64,000 nt of DNA from an uncultured Hyphomicrobiales bacterium (GCA_964462685.1 CAYWYR010000002.1:68609-132608); one strand, 5' to 3'. Positions 38,971 to 51,707 are shown, counted from the first letter of the stretch. Notes: a model not told the origin generated them from the sequence alone. Program-made: numbers and translations.

Positions 38971-39910
38971 TATTGTAGATTATCTCTCGTGCGTTTCTTT
39001 TTAGTCCTTCAAGCCCAGCCCTTTTAATAGCAGACTTCTCTTTTTTGAGATTGTACTCTTCTTCTTTCATCTGAAAAACGGTTTCTGGTTCTATTGAAGA
39101 TCCGAATTTATTCTGGTAGAATGATTCTATAGGAGAAAGAGGATTTCTGATATTATTATAAGGGCATACCATTTGGCAAACATCACATCCATATATCCAG
39201 CCTGACAAATCTTCATTTAACTCTTTATCTACTGGACTCTCTATTGTAAGATATGATATACATTTATTACTATCAACTATGTATGGGCTAATTATAGCAC
39301 CTGTCGGGCAATTATCCAAACACAAAGTACATGTCCCGCATCTATCAAGTAAAGGTTCATCAATAGGCAGTTCAATGCTGGTAAGAATTATACCAATAAA
39401 TGTATATGAACCGAGTTTTTTATTTAGTATAAGACTGTTCTTACCCCGCCATCCAACGCCAGCTTTAACGGCTAGATCTCTTTCAAGTAACGGGCCGGTA
39501 TCGGAATATATTCTATTTGGAAATTCAATACCAGATTCGGATTTTACTCTTTTGACCAGTTCATTTAATGTTTTTGGAACAACATCATGATAATCCCTAC
39601 CCCACGCGTATTGAGCTATTTTACCATTAGCATCACTATTAAATGATTTGTTATAGTATCTGCCAGTATTATATGATAGAAGGCATACAATTGCTGTACC
39701 CGAATCTGCATCTATCACTTTGGAAGGGTTATGTCTTTTATCGTGGTTTCTCTCAAGCCATTTCATATCCGCATGGTAACCGTTATCAATCCAGTTTTTG
39801 AACCTGGAAAACTCATCACCCATTGATTTCAGATCGGTAAACCCTATTTCAGATATTCCTAATTCAGTAGCTTTATTTGTAAATAGCTTTTTTATTTCTG
39901 AAGGGTTCAA
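38936..39910 (-). CDS. queG: Epoxyqueuosine reductase
   Basis: IAQYAWGRDYH, DTGPLLER, CGTCTLCLDNCPTGA, CISYLTIE and YGCDVCQMVCPYN. Confidence 0.95.
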   Translation of the reverse strand: MNPSEIKKLFTNKATELGISEIGFTDLKSMGDEFSRFKNWIDNGYHADMKWLERNHDKRHNPSKVIDADSGTAIVCLLSYNTGRYYNKSFNSDANGKIAQYAWGRDYHDVVPKTLNELVKRVKSESGIEFPNRIYSDTGPLLERDLAVKAGVGWRGKNSLILNKKLGSYTFIGIILTSIELPIDEPLLDRCGTCTLCLDNCPTGAIISPYIVDSNKCISYLTIESPVDKELNEDLSGWIYGCDVCQMVCPYNNIRNPLSPIESFYQNKFGSSIEPETVFQMKEEEYNLKKEKSAIKRAGLEGLKRNAREIIYNNESKRTLDQKN

Positions 39911-40953
39911 TTCTTTCTACTACGTAAAGGCTTAGGATTAACTGTGAAAGTAAGGTCTTCTGATTCTAGTTTACCGTAATCGGTATCAGTGGAAATTCGA
40001 TTTCTTATTTTCATATCGGCTATGAAACCTATCATAGCAGCATTATCTACAGTATATTCCATAGAGGGATAATAAACTGAAAGTTCATCTGTTGAATTAC
40101 TTTGAAATCTATTTCTTAGATCCGAATTAGCAGATACCCCACCATTGACTGTAACGGTTTTAGCTTGATATTTTTTTGCTGCTTTTATAGTTTTGGCTAC
40201 CAGTACCTCGTTAATAGCCGCTTGTACCGACGCACAGATATCTGGAAGATCAACATCAGGAGGAAAGTTACCTTGGCCGTAATTGTTATCTATAAAACGC
40301 CTAACTGAAGTTTTCAAGCCGCTGAAGCTAAAATCATAATTAAGCTCGTTGATCATTGGGCGGGGAAAGTCATATTTAGTTGATTCACCCTTTTTAGCAA
40401 GCTTGTCTATTAATGGCCCGCCTGGGTATCCTAAGCCTAAAATCTTCGCTGTCTTATCATAAGCCTCTCCGGCGGCATCATCTTTCGTACTTCCTATGAT
40501 TTCATATCTATCATAGCTGTGTACCAAGAAAATAGAAGTATGACCTCCGCTTACCACCAAAGATATAAAAGGAAAACCTATATTAGGGTTTTCTATAATA
40601 CAAGAAAATATATGCCCTTCGATATGATCGATAGGTAGGACAGGAATTTCATAAGCCACGGCCAAACCCTTTGCGAACGAAGTACCTACAACGAGAGATC
40701 CCGATAGGCCAGGCTTATGAGTAACGGCTATCGCCTCAATCATTGACATATCAATATCAGCTTGCTCAACAGCGAGATGGGCTATTTGACTTATAACAGA
40801 AATATGCTCTCTTGATGCCAGTTCGGGTACTATCCCCCCCCACTTATTATGTACTTCTTGACTGGAGATAATATTGGAAAGGACATTATAACCATTGACA
40901 ACAGCTACCGCAGTATCATCACAGGAAGTTTCTATGGCAAGTATTAATGCCAT
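39907..40953 (-). CDS. tsaD: tRNA N6-threonylcarbamoyltransferase
   Basis: IETSCDDT, GGIVPELASREH, HIEGH, VSGGHT, DDAAGEAYDK and DNAAMIG. Confidence 0.97.
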   Translation of the reverse strand: MALILAIETSCDDTAVAVVNGYNVLSNIISSQEVHNKWGGIVPELASREHISVISQIAHLAVEQADIDMSMIEAIAVTHKPGLSGSLVVGTSFAKGLAVAYEIPVLPIDHIEGHIFSCIIENPNIGFPFISLVVSGGHTSIFLVHSYDRYEIIGSTKDDAAGEAYDKTAKILGLGYPGGPLIDKLAKKGESTKYDFPRPMINELNYDFSFSGLKTSVRRFIDNNYGQGNFPPDVDLPDICASVQAAINEVLVAKTIKAAKKYQAKTVTVNGGVSANSDLRNRFQSNSTDELSVYYPSMEYTVDNAAMIGFIADMKIRNRISTDTDYGKLESEDLTFTVNPKPLRSRKN

Positions 40954-40954
40954 A

Positions 40955-42229
40955 TCAAATACTCTTTAGATATTTAAGAAGAATGTTTGAAGCATAAGTA
41001 ACACTGAGTTCCCGATTCATATCCCTGTTTCTTCCAAATGTAAACTTTTTAGCAGTAGTCTTCTGTGGAGTACTCATGCCTATCCAAACCGTTCCAACAG
41101 GTTTATCATCGCTACCACCATCAGGGCCGGCAATGCCCGTTACCGAAAGCGATATGTCTGTAACAAGTTTGGATTTGATGCCTTCGGCCATCTCTATTGC
41201 ACACTTCTCGGAAACAGCCCCATGATATTCTATCGTTGAGGGATCTACTCCTAAATGTTCGATCTTTACATCATTGGAGTAAGATATTATTCCGCCTTCG
41301 AAAAACTTAGCTGATCCGGGTTTATCTGTAAAATATGCTCCGAGCATACCAGCAGTACAAGATTCAGCTACAGATAATGTGAAATCATTATCGATCAAAA
41401 GCTTTTTTATCTCTTCAATCTTACCTTTTTCGCCTGATCCCACAATGTATTTTTCAATAATCTCGGATATGATTTCGGAGTATTTCTTCAGTTTTTTATC
41501 TGCTTCATCGAAACTCTCACATTCTACACCTATCCTAATCCTGACACCACTTGTAGAAGGAAGATATGCTACAGAAGATGATTCATCCAATATATCATTT
41601 ACATCTCCAATTAAAGAAGCGAGATCGGACTCACCGATGCCAGAAGTTTCGATTGTATGGTATTTCTGAAGAAGATAATCACTAGCCAAGCTTTTTTTGA
41701 AAGTTTCATTGATATATCCTTTGACCATTTCTACCATTTCTTTTGGCACGCCTGGAACAGAGAATACATGTTTGTTTGAACCATTCCATTTCTCATTATA
41801 ATGTATTCCGGGGGCTGTTCCGACATTATTTATGATAGCTTTTGCTTTTTTTGGGAAACGAGATAGTTCATAATTGACATCTCTCATTTCCCTATTCCGA
41901 TTTGAAAAATATTCTTTTATTCTTTTGAGTAGATCATCTCTATCTTCTAACTCATCTACAAAAAAATCTACTAGAACATCTTTTGTTATATCGTCATGGG
42001 TAGGGCCGAGTCCACCTGTGATTATAAGTGCATCCACTCTGTCTAAAAGATATTCTAACTGCTCTTTCATAATTTTGGGGTCATCTGGACAGCAAAAAGA
42101 ATATAGTAACTTGCCCCCTAATCCAGCTACCTGAGATCCGATAAATGCTGCATTGGAATTAACTGTCTGGCCTATCAGTATCTCATCGCCAACTGTCAAT
42201 ACTCCGACGTTATATCTGTTCTTTTTCAA
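40955..42229 (-). CDS. cinA: Competence/damage-inducible protein A (MoeA-like plus NMN amidohydrolase)
   Basis: VGDEILIGQ, TGGLGPTHDDIT, AESCTAG, GAVSE and TGIAGPDGG. Confidence 0.93.
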   Translation of the reverse strand: MKKNRYNVGVLTVGDEILIGQTVNSNAAFIGSQVAGLGGKLLYSFCCPDDPKIMKEQLEYLLDRVDALIITGGLGPTHDDITKDVLVDFFVDELEDRDDLLKRIKEYFSNRNREMRDVNYELSRFPKKAKAIINNVGTAPGIHYNEKWNGSNKHVFSVPGVPKEMVEMVKGYINETFKKSLASDYLLQKYHTIETSGIGESDLASLIGDVNDILDESSSVAYLPSTSGVRIRIGVECESFDEADKKLKKYSEIISEIIEKYIVGSGEKGKIEEIKKLLIDNDFTLSVAESCTAGMLGAYFTDKPGSAKFFEGGIISYSNDVKIEHLGVDPSTIEYHGAVSEKCAIEMAEGIKSKLVTDISLSVTGIAGPDGGSDDKPVGTVWIGMSTPQKTTAKKFTFGRNRDMNRELSVTYASNILLKYLKSI

Positions 42230-43047
42230 GCCCTTCCTTTTTTCTTTATGGCAAAGAGTTTATCCATAGGGACGGTGAACTTGCCTATATTGTCTTCATC
42301 TTTAGCTTTTGTTCCATGATAATCCGAGCCTCCACTTCCGAGCATCCAGTAATTATCTATCAAACCCTTATATTTTGCTGACATTACTATATCGTGTGAT
42401 GGGTGAACATACTCAATACCATCCAGACCTTTGTGCAGCAATCTATGTATGGTTTTCTGCTGAGTATGTTTACCTGGATGGGCTATAATCGTTACACCAC
42501 CTGCCTTCTTCACCATTTTGATAGCTTCAACTGTATCTATATGGCTGGTAGGCACAAAACCTTTCTTACCATAAGTGAGGTAATTATCGAAGGCTTCCTT
42601 GATTGTAGATACATACTCTTTCTCCAGCAGCATCTGCGCGATATGTGGGCGGCCATGTACGCCGTGCTTAACCAGTTCGTCAAGCCTGCTAATATCTAGA
42701 TCAAATCCCTGACCGCGAAGTTTATGAACCATTTGCTCTGCGCGGTTCTTTCGCTTCTCTTTATACTTGATAGTATAATCTTTTAGAGTCTCATCATCTG
42801 TTTTGAAAGCGTAGGATAGTAGATGTAATTCCCTATTATTATAGCTTGTGGATATTTCCATACCCGGAATAGTCTCAAGTTTGCCATGGGCAGCTTGCTT
42901 AAAGCTTTCATAAGCTTCATAGTTATCATGATCGGTAACCACTAAGCCTTCTAAACCATTGGAAGTCGCTTTTTCTACTAAATCTTCTGGTGATAATCGC
43001 CCGTCTGAGAAATAAGTATGCGTATGCATGTCACAACCGGGCATCAA
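42226..43047 (-). CDS. PHP domain phosphoesterase (TrpH/YciV-like)
   Basis: DMHTHTYFSDG, TDHD, GRPHIA, IAHP and GGSDYHG. Confidence 0.92.
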   Translation of the reverse strand: MMPGCDMHTHTYFSDGRLSPEDLVEKATSNGLEGLVVTDHDNYEAYESFKQAAHGKLETIPGMEISTSYNNRELHLLSYAFKTDDETLKDYTIKYKEKRKNRAEQMVHKLRGQGFDLDISRLDELVKHGVHGRPHIAQMLLEKEYVSTIKEAFDNYLTYGKKGFVPTSHIDTVEAIKMVKKAGGVTIIAHPGKHTQQKTIHRLLHKGLDGIEYVHPSHDIVMSAKYKGLIDNYWMLGSGGSDYHGTKAKDEDNIGKFTVPMDKLFAIKKKGRA

Positions 43048-44750
43048 TCCTCCAGTTTATTATATGAATCAATTATCCCTTCCATCAGATCATCCACAGG
43101 CAGTACCTTGGACTCTCCGCTTTTACGAAGCTTGACCTCTACCTCTCCTTTTTGCAGGCTTTTCGATCCAATTACGATATGAATCGGCACACCGATAAGC
43201 TCGGAATCCTTGAATTTGAATCCTGGTGATGCCTTGCGGTCATCGTACAGCACCGAGTATCCGCTATGTTGCAAACTATTATAAGTGGTGTCCGCAAGCT
43301 CCTCTACTGCTTTGTCTTTATCCGCACCGATTGTTATGATATGGAAGTCGAACGGCGTTAAAGCCTTATTCCAAACTATCCCTTTTTCGTCATGGTTCTG
43401 TTCAATGAAGCAGGCCATGATTCTTTCCATTCCTATGCCGTATGATCCCATTATAATCGGCTTCTCCTTACCATTTTGATCGAGGAATTTAGCACCCATA
43501 GCCTCAGAGTATCTAGTACCCAGCTTGAATATATGTCCTGTCTCGATCGCGTTGGTTATAATCAGCGCCTTGCCACTCTCGATATCCCTTTCGCCAGCCT
43601 TTACCGTTCTGAGATTTACGAATCTGATTTCTCCGCAGTCTCTTTCTAGGCTTACGTTCTTCAGGTGATAGCCGTCTTCATTTGCACCGCAGTACAATCC
43701 TATCCGTCCCTCCAGAAGATCATCCGCGATTACCGGCATATCTTCTATCCCTACCGGCCCTATAGATCCTGCGTTTGCTCCTGTAAGCCCTACAAGTTCT
43801 TCACTAGTTGCGGGTCTGAACTTATCCGTGCCGAAAGCCGCCTCGAGCTTCGTGTCATTCGCCTCATCGACTCCTCGCATAAGCACCAGATGGCCCTTAC
43901 CCTCCACGAGATAGACCAGGCTCTTCACGCAATACCTTTCGTCAAGCCCGAACTGTTCTGCTAGCTCTGTTATAGTTTTAGCGTTCGGTGTGGCGAACTT
44001 CTTCGCCTCCGGATTATCAGCGGGGTTCTCTGTTTTTTCTACATCTGACACCGCTACTTCCAGATTAGCCGCATATCCGCCAGGAACGTAAGCGCAGGTA
44101 TCCTCGCCGTTCTCATTCGGGACCATAAACTCCTGGGAGCCGCTGCCCCCCATCGCCCCTGAGCTCGCCCCCACGATGAAATAATCCAGTCCGCAACGGT
44201 CAAATATCTTTATATATGCCTGTTTCTGGCTTTCGTAGCTATTATTAAGCCCGTCTTCCGTGGCATCCAGCGAGTAAGCATCTTTCATTATGAACTGTCG
44301 CCCCCGGAGGACGCCTGACTTTGGCCTGGCCTCATATCTGTACTTCGTCTGGATCTGATACCACATCTGCGGCATCTCCTTATAGCTCGCGATATGCTGC
44401 CGTGCATGGTAGGTGATCACTTCCTCGTGAGTAGGTGCCAGCACAAGACCGTCATTATTCTTGATGTGCATCAGTACCTCGCCCATCGCCTCCACGCGGC
44501 CAGTCTCCTCCCAGATTTCTTTGGGATTTAGCCCTGGTAGAAGGAATTCCTGTGCTCCTATACGGTTTTGCTCCTCACGTACTATAGCCTCTATCTTGCG
44601 AAGAACTCTCAAACCTACTGGCAACCAAGAGAATACCCCTGCCGCTAACTGCCGCACCATTCCGGCCCTAAGCATCAGTTTGTGGCTCGGCATCTGCACG
44701 TCTCTGTCAACATCTTTAAGCGTCGGAACGAATGATTTACTTAATCTCAT
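43044..44750 (-). CDS. proS: Proline--tRNA ligase (bacterial type with editing insertion)
   Basis: APTHEE, FIMKDAYS, GHIFKLGTRYS and MGSYGIG. Confidence 0.97.
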   Translation of the reverse strand: MRLSKSFVPTLKDVDRDVQMPSHKLMLRAGMVRQLAAGVFSWLPVGLRVLRKIEAIVREEQNRIGAQEFLLPGLNPKEIWEETGRVEAMGEVLMHIKNNDGLVLAPTHEEVITYHARQHIASYKEMPQMWYQIQTKYRYEARPKSGVLRGRQFIMKDAYSLDATEDGLNNSYESQKQAYIKIFDRCGLDYFIVGASSGAMGGSGSQEFMVPNENGEDTCAYVPGGYAANLEVAVSDVEKTENPADNPEAKKFATPNAKTITELAEQFGLDERYCVKSLVYLVEGKGHLVLMRGVDEANDTKLEAAFGTDKFRPATSEELVGLTGANAGSIGPVGIEDMPVIADDLLEGRIGLYCGANEDGYHLKNVSLERDCGEIRFVNLRTVKAGERDIESGKALIITNAIETGHIFKLGTRYSEAMGAKFLDQNGKEKPIIMGSYGIGMERIMACFIEQNHDEKGIVWNKALTPFDFHIITIGADKDKAVEELADTTYNSLQHSGYSVLYDDRKASPGFKFKDSELIGVPIHIVIGSKSLQKGEVEVKLRKSGESKVLPVDDLMEGIIDSYNKLED

Positions 44751-45139
44751 AATAATATAGTCTTGTATACAAGGGTGTTACAGAAAAAGTGTGCAAATTT
44801 TGTACAAGTATTTCTGATTAATGATTTTTCACGTATACGAAAATAACATAATGGAAGTAAAGACGAGGAATGAACTGGGATTAGTTATTAGACTGTATCA
44901 GATATCTGAATTGAAGAGCTTAAATTTCGGAGAAATTGATATGGGTGAGTGTATTGGGACATGAATAGGATTATTAAACTTCTTACATATTTAAGATGTT
45001 AGTATTCTAAAGCAAACGTATGATTATATCATTCGGCTCTAAAGAAAGCGAGTGCTTAGTACTAGTTCTGTATGTTATCGAAAGAATTTTACCTTTTAAA
45101 GCCAAAATCGGTTTAAATGCTTTTAAAAGCTCTTACATA

Positions 45140-45270
45140 CACATTAGAACCAGCCGCTTTTATCCAATGGATAGCCATAGTCCAAGTCACAGCTTAGCGG
45201 TGACTGCAACTGCTCCTTGTTACCGTTCCCGTCATATTGGTAATCAATATACTGCCCTTTGAGGACGATG
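45140..45270 (-). pseudogene. Short RHS/YD-repeat-like remnant
   Basis: Hand translation IVLKGQYIDYQYDGNGNKEQLQ; no start codon, about 42 codons. Confidence 0.35.
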
Positions 45271-45374
45271 CTTTAAAGCAAAAGTGCTAAAACAATTAAT
45301 ATATAGTTAATTCTTAAGTCTTTCATTATTGTAACATTGGTTTAATATTTGTCAATTTGTTATCTGTACAAGAA

Positions 45375-45818
45375 CTATTTATTTATTATTTCTAAGACTT
45401 GGTCGGTGGAAAGAAGTTTTTTCGACCAGTATACAACTACAGCTTCGTAACCATTACTTTTTATTTGATCTTTTTGAGATAAAATATGTAATCTTGATTC
45501 ACTCATTAGAAAGTCTGTTTTATAATGAAATTTTTCCTTGTCAAAATAACTATTCTTATCCCGTTTAACACCCCTAGTAATAAAACCGACCTTTTTATTT
45601 ACTAAATTTTGTTTTGCTGTATCAAGACCAAACAAATGATTAAGATAGTATCCTTCATATTTGTTTAAAGTAGAAGATGTATTTATACCTAATGAATCGA
45701 AATTTCTAATTACATTAAGGGGTAATGATTGGAAAGATCTATTATTAGGTAGAATTATCACACTCATTGTTGAGACATATAGCATGAATGTTATTGTTAA
45801 AATTTTCATTATTTTCAT
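45375..45818 (-). CDS. AT-rich hypothetical exported protein (possible orphan immunity protein)
   Basis: N-terminal hydrophobic stretch; KKVGFI and GYEAVVVYWSKK. Confidence 0.55.
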   Translation of the reverse strand: MKIMKILTITFMLYVSTMSVIILPNNRSFQSLPLNVIRNFDSLGINTSSTLNKYEGYYLNHLFGLDTAKQNLVNKKVGFITRGVKRDKNSYFDKEKFHYKTDFLMSESRLHILSQKDQIKSNGYEAVVVYWSKKLLSTDQVLEIINK

Positions 45819-45929
45819 CTCTTATCTATTATATATCGGTATACCGTTTAGTAACTGAAGGTTTAAAAGAAGTGCTCTATTTTGTAACATTTCCGTATGC
45901 CCCCTATTGCTATATACCTCCATTACGGG

Positions 45930-47945
<2,016 letters not shown>

Positions 47946-47948
47946 AAT

Positions 47949-48722
47949 ATCGCAAAGCAAACCAAAATAACCAAGCCCAAAGCCAGGGCAAAACCTACGT
48001 CAAAGACTATTTCGATAGCTTCACCGAAGGAGAATACTAAATATATTATAGCGCTCATAGTATTTAGTATAATCAATATATCTCTTTGGCAGTTCCCTAT
48101 CGGCCGTTTGATCATCTATCCTTTCACTATCCTCGGTACTTGGTTCCATGAGATGGGGCACGGGCTTATGGCAATGATTCTAGGCGGTCATTTCCACGAG
48201 CTGGAGATCTATACTAATGGCTCAGGGCTTGCAAGGCACAGCGGCGATCTTTTCGGTGGCCCGATCGGCAGAGCCTTAGTAGCCGCAGGAGGGCCCCTGG
48301 GGCCTGCTGTTGCGGGCTCGGCAATGATTTATTCAGTTAAAAGCCCTAAGAAAACAAAAGCCGCACTTTGGATTTTATCAATAGTGATGATTGTATCAGT
48401 ATTATACTTTGTAAGGTCTTGGTTCGGTATATTGTTTATATCGATATTCGCTGCGATATCGGTATATATTAACATAAACGCATCGGAGAAAGCTAAGAGA
48501 TATTTACTACTGTTTCTTGGGACGCAGGCTGTTCTGTCAACTTATATCTCTATCGATTATCTGCTATCGCCTGGTGCTAATATCGGCGGTGAAGTATATC
48601 CATCTGATTCTATGCAGATAGCTAATAATCTGCTCCTGCCCTATGGCTTCTGGGGGGTGCTGATGATATTTATATCTATTCTATTAGTTTGGTCGGCAGT
48701 TCAGTCTTTGTATAAGAGGTGA
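47949..48722 (+). CDS. M50B family membrane metallopeptidase; N-terminus extends upstream of the TTG at 48108
   Basis: TWFHEMGHG and AAGGPLGP motifs. The frame is open from the ligA stop and includes a TM helix before 48108. Confidence 0.8.
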   Translation: MAKQTKITKPKARAKPTSKTISIASPKENTKYIIALIVFSIINISLWQFPIGRLIIYPFTILGTWFHEMGHGLMAMILGGHFHELEIYTNGSGLARHSGDLFGGPIGRALVAAGGPLGPAVAGSAMIYSVKSPKKTKAALWILSIVMIVSVLYFVRSWFGILFISIFAAISVYININASEKAKRYLLLFLGTQAVLSTYISIDYLLSPGANIGGEVYPSDSMQIANNLLLPYGFWGVLMIFISILLVWSAVQSLYKR

Positions 48723-48732
48723 CTAGTAGACT

Positions 48733-49107
48733 TTAAACTATATTAAGAGTTTTAAGTTCTGTAATATTATCAAAATCTGAATCACTTGTCAATAATACCC
48801 GGTTATCCAAGATAGCAGTAGCTGCTATATTTGCATCACCAAGCTTCAGTGAATATTTCCTTCGAAGTAAAGATGCTTTAGCAGATATTTCTAAATTTAA
48901 GACATGATAATTGAATCTATTTAGAAAATTCTCAATTTTATATAATTCATCTGCAATTGAGTTTTTCCAGCTTAACATTTCTATATATGTAACTAATAAA
49001 ATAGTTGAATTGTTAAATTTTGATTCGAGTATGCTAGGGGAATTATCAGTTAACGATTTATTTATATAGTAAATTAATATATTCGTATCAATCAGTTACT
49101 TATTCAT
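48733..49107 (-). pseudogene. VapC/PIN toxin with a premature TAA at codon 4
   Basis: MNK*LIDTNILIYY...TYIEMLSW...LKLGDANIAATA...LLTSDSDF. Confidence 0.85.
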
Positions 49108-49327
49108 ATTTACCTTTTCTTCCTTCTTTTACATAATCAAGAAATTCTTGCTCTTCTTTTTGTGTAAGATTAATGATACCTCTAAATCGACTCCAATCTG
49201 TCTTTTTTCTTACTTCTCGTAAATCTTCTTCTATATTAAGCATATCTTGATTTTGCATTTCTCTTAACAAGCTGAGAATACCAGAGTCCCTAACAGTAAC
49301 CCTATATGTTTTATTAATTTCACTCAT
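49100..49327 (-). CDS. Putative antitoxin of the VapC pair
   Basis: 75-aa ORF whose stop overlaps the PIN gene start. Confidence 0.7.
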   Translation of the reverse strand: MSEINKTYRVTVRDSGILSLLREMQNQDMLNIEEDLREVRKKTDWSRFRGIINLTQKEEQEFLDYVKEGRKGKYE

Positions 49328-49406
49328 TGTCTAATATCCTAGTATTAGAAATCATATTTATATAGAACGTAATAAAAATAATACTTGTTAATGTATAATT
49401 AAGATT

Positions 49407-51041
49407 TCACGCTTCAATTGGCTCTTCGCTTTGTAGTTCTTTACGGCGCTGCTCTACCTCTTCGCTATTTCGGTACTCATCGTAAGGGAGCATTTTATCT
49501 ATCATACCTTGTGGGGCTATTTCGATAACTCTGTTGGAAGTAGATGATATAAGTTCATGGTCGGATGAGGTAAAGAGTATAACCGATGAATATTTTACAA
49601 GGGCATCATTCAGTGCGGTAATCGCTTCAAGGTCCAGGTGGTTGGTTGGGTCGTCCATCAGTAGAACATTCGCACCTGAGTTCATCGTTTTGGAGAGCAT
49701 ACATCTTACTTTCTCACCACCTGAAAGCACACTTGTATCTTTCAAGGTCTCTTCACCGCTAAACAGCATTCGGCCAAGGAAAGTACGTACAAAAGTCTCA
49801 TCCTTATCTTTAGAGTATTGGCGAAGCCAGTCTATCAGATTCATCCCGCCGAGGAAATACTCGCCGTTTTCTTTTGGTATATAGGATTTTGTAACGGTAA
49901 CACCCCAGTTTACCTCGCCTGTAAGCGGCTCTCTCTCGCCGTTGAGAATATCAAAAAGATATGAAACCGCAACATCGTTTTCCGATATGAATACTATTTT
50001 ATCATTTGCGTTTACTGTAAAGTTCACATCAGAAAAGAGAAGATTCCCCTCATCATCTTTCATAGAAAGTTTCTCTACGCTGAGTATAATATTACCTACT
50101 TCCCTATCAGGCTTGAACTCAACATAAGGGAAACGGCGGGAAGTCTTAGGCATAGATTCAACAGATAGCTTATCTATCATTTTCTTACGTGCGGTGGCCT
50201 GCTTGGATTTGGATGCGTTCGCGCTGAACCGCTGGATGAACTCTTGCAGCTCTTTGATCTTTGCGTCAGCTTTTTTGTTCTGATCACGGTTCTGCTTGCT
50301 AGCTAGCTGGGATGCCTGATACCAAAACTCATAGTTACCAGTGTACATGTTCATCTGCTGATAATCGATATCGGCGATATTCGTACACACGTTGTTCAGG
50401 AAGTGCCTATCGTGAGATACGACAATCACTAAGTTATTGAAATTGTATAGAAACTGCTCCAGCCATTCTATGGCTTTCATGTCCAAGTTGTTCGTAGGCT
50501 CATCCATCAAAAGGATATCAGGATTTCCGAAAAGTGCCTGAGCTATCAAAACCTTTACTTTATCGCCGGATTCAAGATCCTTCATGTATTTGTCATGAAA
50601 CTCATCGCCAAGCCCAAGGCCAGCCAGAAGCTGGGCAGCATCTGATTCTGACTCGTAGCCGTTCATTTCAGCAAACTCTGCTTCTATCTCCCCGATGCGG
50701 ATACCTTCTTCTTCTGTATATTCGGTTTTGGAATATAACTCTTCGCGCTCTTTTGCAATTTTATAGAGTTCTTTATAGCCCATGATAACGGTATCGAGTA
50801 CTTTTTTATCATCATACTTGAACTGGTTTTGCTCAAGAATCGCCATTCGCTTGCCAGGTTCTATATATATCTGACCGCTTGTGGGCTCTATTTCTTTTGA
50901 CAATAGTTTGATAAATGTAGATTTACCAGCACCATTGGCACCGATAAGGCCATAACAGTTTCCAGAGGTGAACTTAACATTCACATCCTTAAAAAGTATT
51001 CTTTTACCAAACTGGAGGGTTACATTGTTTGCTGCGATCAT
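49407..51041 (-). CDS. ABC-F family ATP-binding protein (YbiT/YkpA-like)
   Basis: GANGAGKST, LLMDEPTNNL, VSHDRHFLN, SGGEKVR and DDPTNHLD; no TM segments. Confidence 0.93.
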   Translation of the reverse strand: MIAANNVTLQFGKRILFKDVNVKFTSGNCYGLIGANGAGKSTFIKLLSKEIEPTSGQIYIEPGKRMAILEQNQFKYDDKKVLDTVIMGYKELYKIAKEREELYSKTEYTEEEGIRIGEIEAEFAEMNGYESESDAAQLLAGLGLGDEFHDKYMKDLESGDKVKVLIAQALFGNPDILLMDEPTNNLDMKAIEWLEQFLYNFNNLVIVVSHDRHFLNNVCTNIADIDYQQMNMYTGNYEFWYQASQLASKQNRDQNKKADAKIKELQEFIQRFSANASKSKQATARKKMIDKLSVESMPKTSRRFPYVEFKPDREVGNIILSVEKLSMKDDEGNLLFSDVNFTVNANDKIVFISENDVAVSYLFDILNGEREPLTGEVNWGVTVTKSYIPKENGEYFLGGMNLIDWLRQYSKDKDETFVRTFLGRMLFSGEETLKDTSVLSGGEKVRCMLSKTMNSGANVLLMDDPTNHLDLEAITALNDALVKYSSVILFTSSDHELISSTSNRVIEIAPQGMIDKMLPYDEYRNSEEVEQRRKELQSEEPIEA

Positions 51042-51085
51042 TCCGGAACTCTTTTTGCAGTTATTCTTTAATTAAAACTAAATAG

Positions 51086-51110
51086 AAAAAAGCCTGTATT
51101 CAGGCTTTTT
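51086..51110 (-). terminator. Intrinsic terminator after frr
   Basis: AAAAAGCCTG-AATA-CAGGC-TTTTTT on the minus strand. Confidence 0.8.
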
Positions 51111-51140
51111 ATAATACGAAAATTATTTGCGATTGTGGCT

Positions 51141-51701
51141 TTATTCGTCCATCAGTTCTTTTTCTTTGATGGCCAAAAGCTCATCTACGTTAGCTACATA
51201 TTTATCGGTAAGCTTCTGTATCTCGTCTTCACCTGATTTTTTCTCGTCTTCAGATAATTCCTTATCCTTTTCTGCTTTTTTCAGGTTATCGTTGTGGTCT
51301 CTTCTGATGTTTCGAATAGCGATTTTTGCTTCTTCTGCATATTTTTTTGTGACCTTAACGTACTCTTTTCTCCGCTCTTCGGTAAGGGGCGGTACGGGTA
51401 TGCGTATCAATGTGCCGTCATTCTGTGGGTTGAAACCGAGATCGGCTGATCTGATCGCTTTTTCGATTTCCGCTATTAGTGATTTGTCCCACGGTTGGAT
51501 CACAATTGTCCTCGCATCGGGCACGTTAACGGTAGCTGTTGCATTTATAGCTTGTTTTTGGCCGTAGGCATCAACGGAGACACCATCGAGTAATGACTGA
51601 GAAGCGCGGCCAGTTCTTACTTTTTGAAGTTGTTGTTTGTAGAACTCAATGGATTTCTCCATGTTCTGTTCTGCATCCAATATTTCTTCTTGTAATTCCA
51701 T
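51141..51701 (-). CDS. frr: Ribosome recycling factor
   Basis: RTGRAS, IQPWDKS, NPQNDG and PPLTEERR. Confidence 0.97.
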   Translation of the reverse strand: MELQEEILDAEQNMEKSIEFYKQQLQKVRTGRASQSLLDGVSVDAYGQKQAINATATVNVPDARTIVIQPWDKSLIAEIEKAIRSADLGFNPQNDGTLIRIPVPPLTEERRKEYVKVTKKYAEEAKIAIRNIRRDHNDNLKKAEKDKELSEDEKKSGEDEIQKLTDKYVANVDELLAIKEKELMDE

Positions 51702-51707
51702 TTTTTT

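Noticed and set aside
44852-44964. 37-codon ORF MEVKTRNELGLVIRL..., faintly like a DUF559 tail
   Set aside because: Too short and the similarity is too weak to support.
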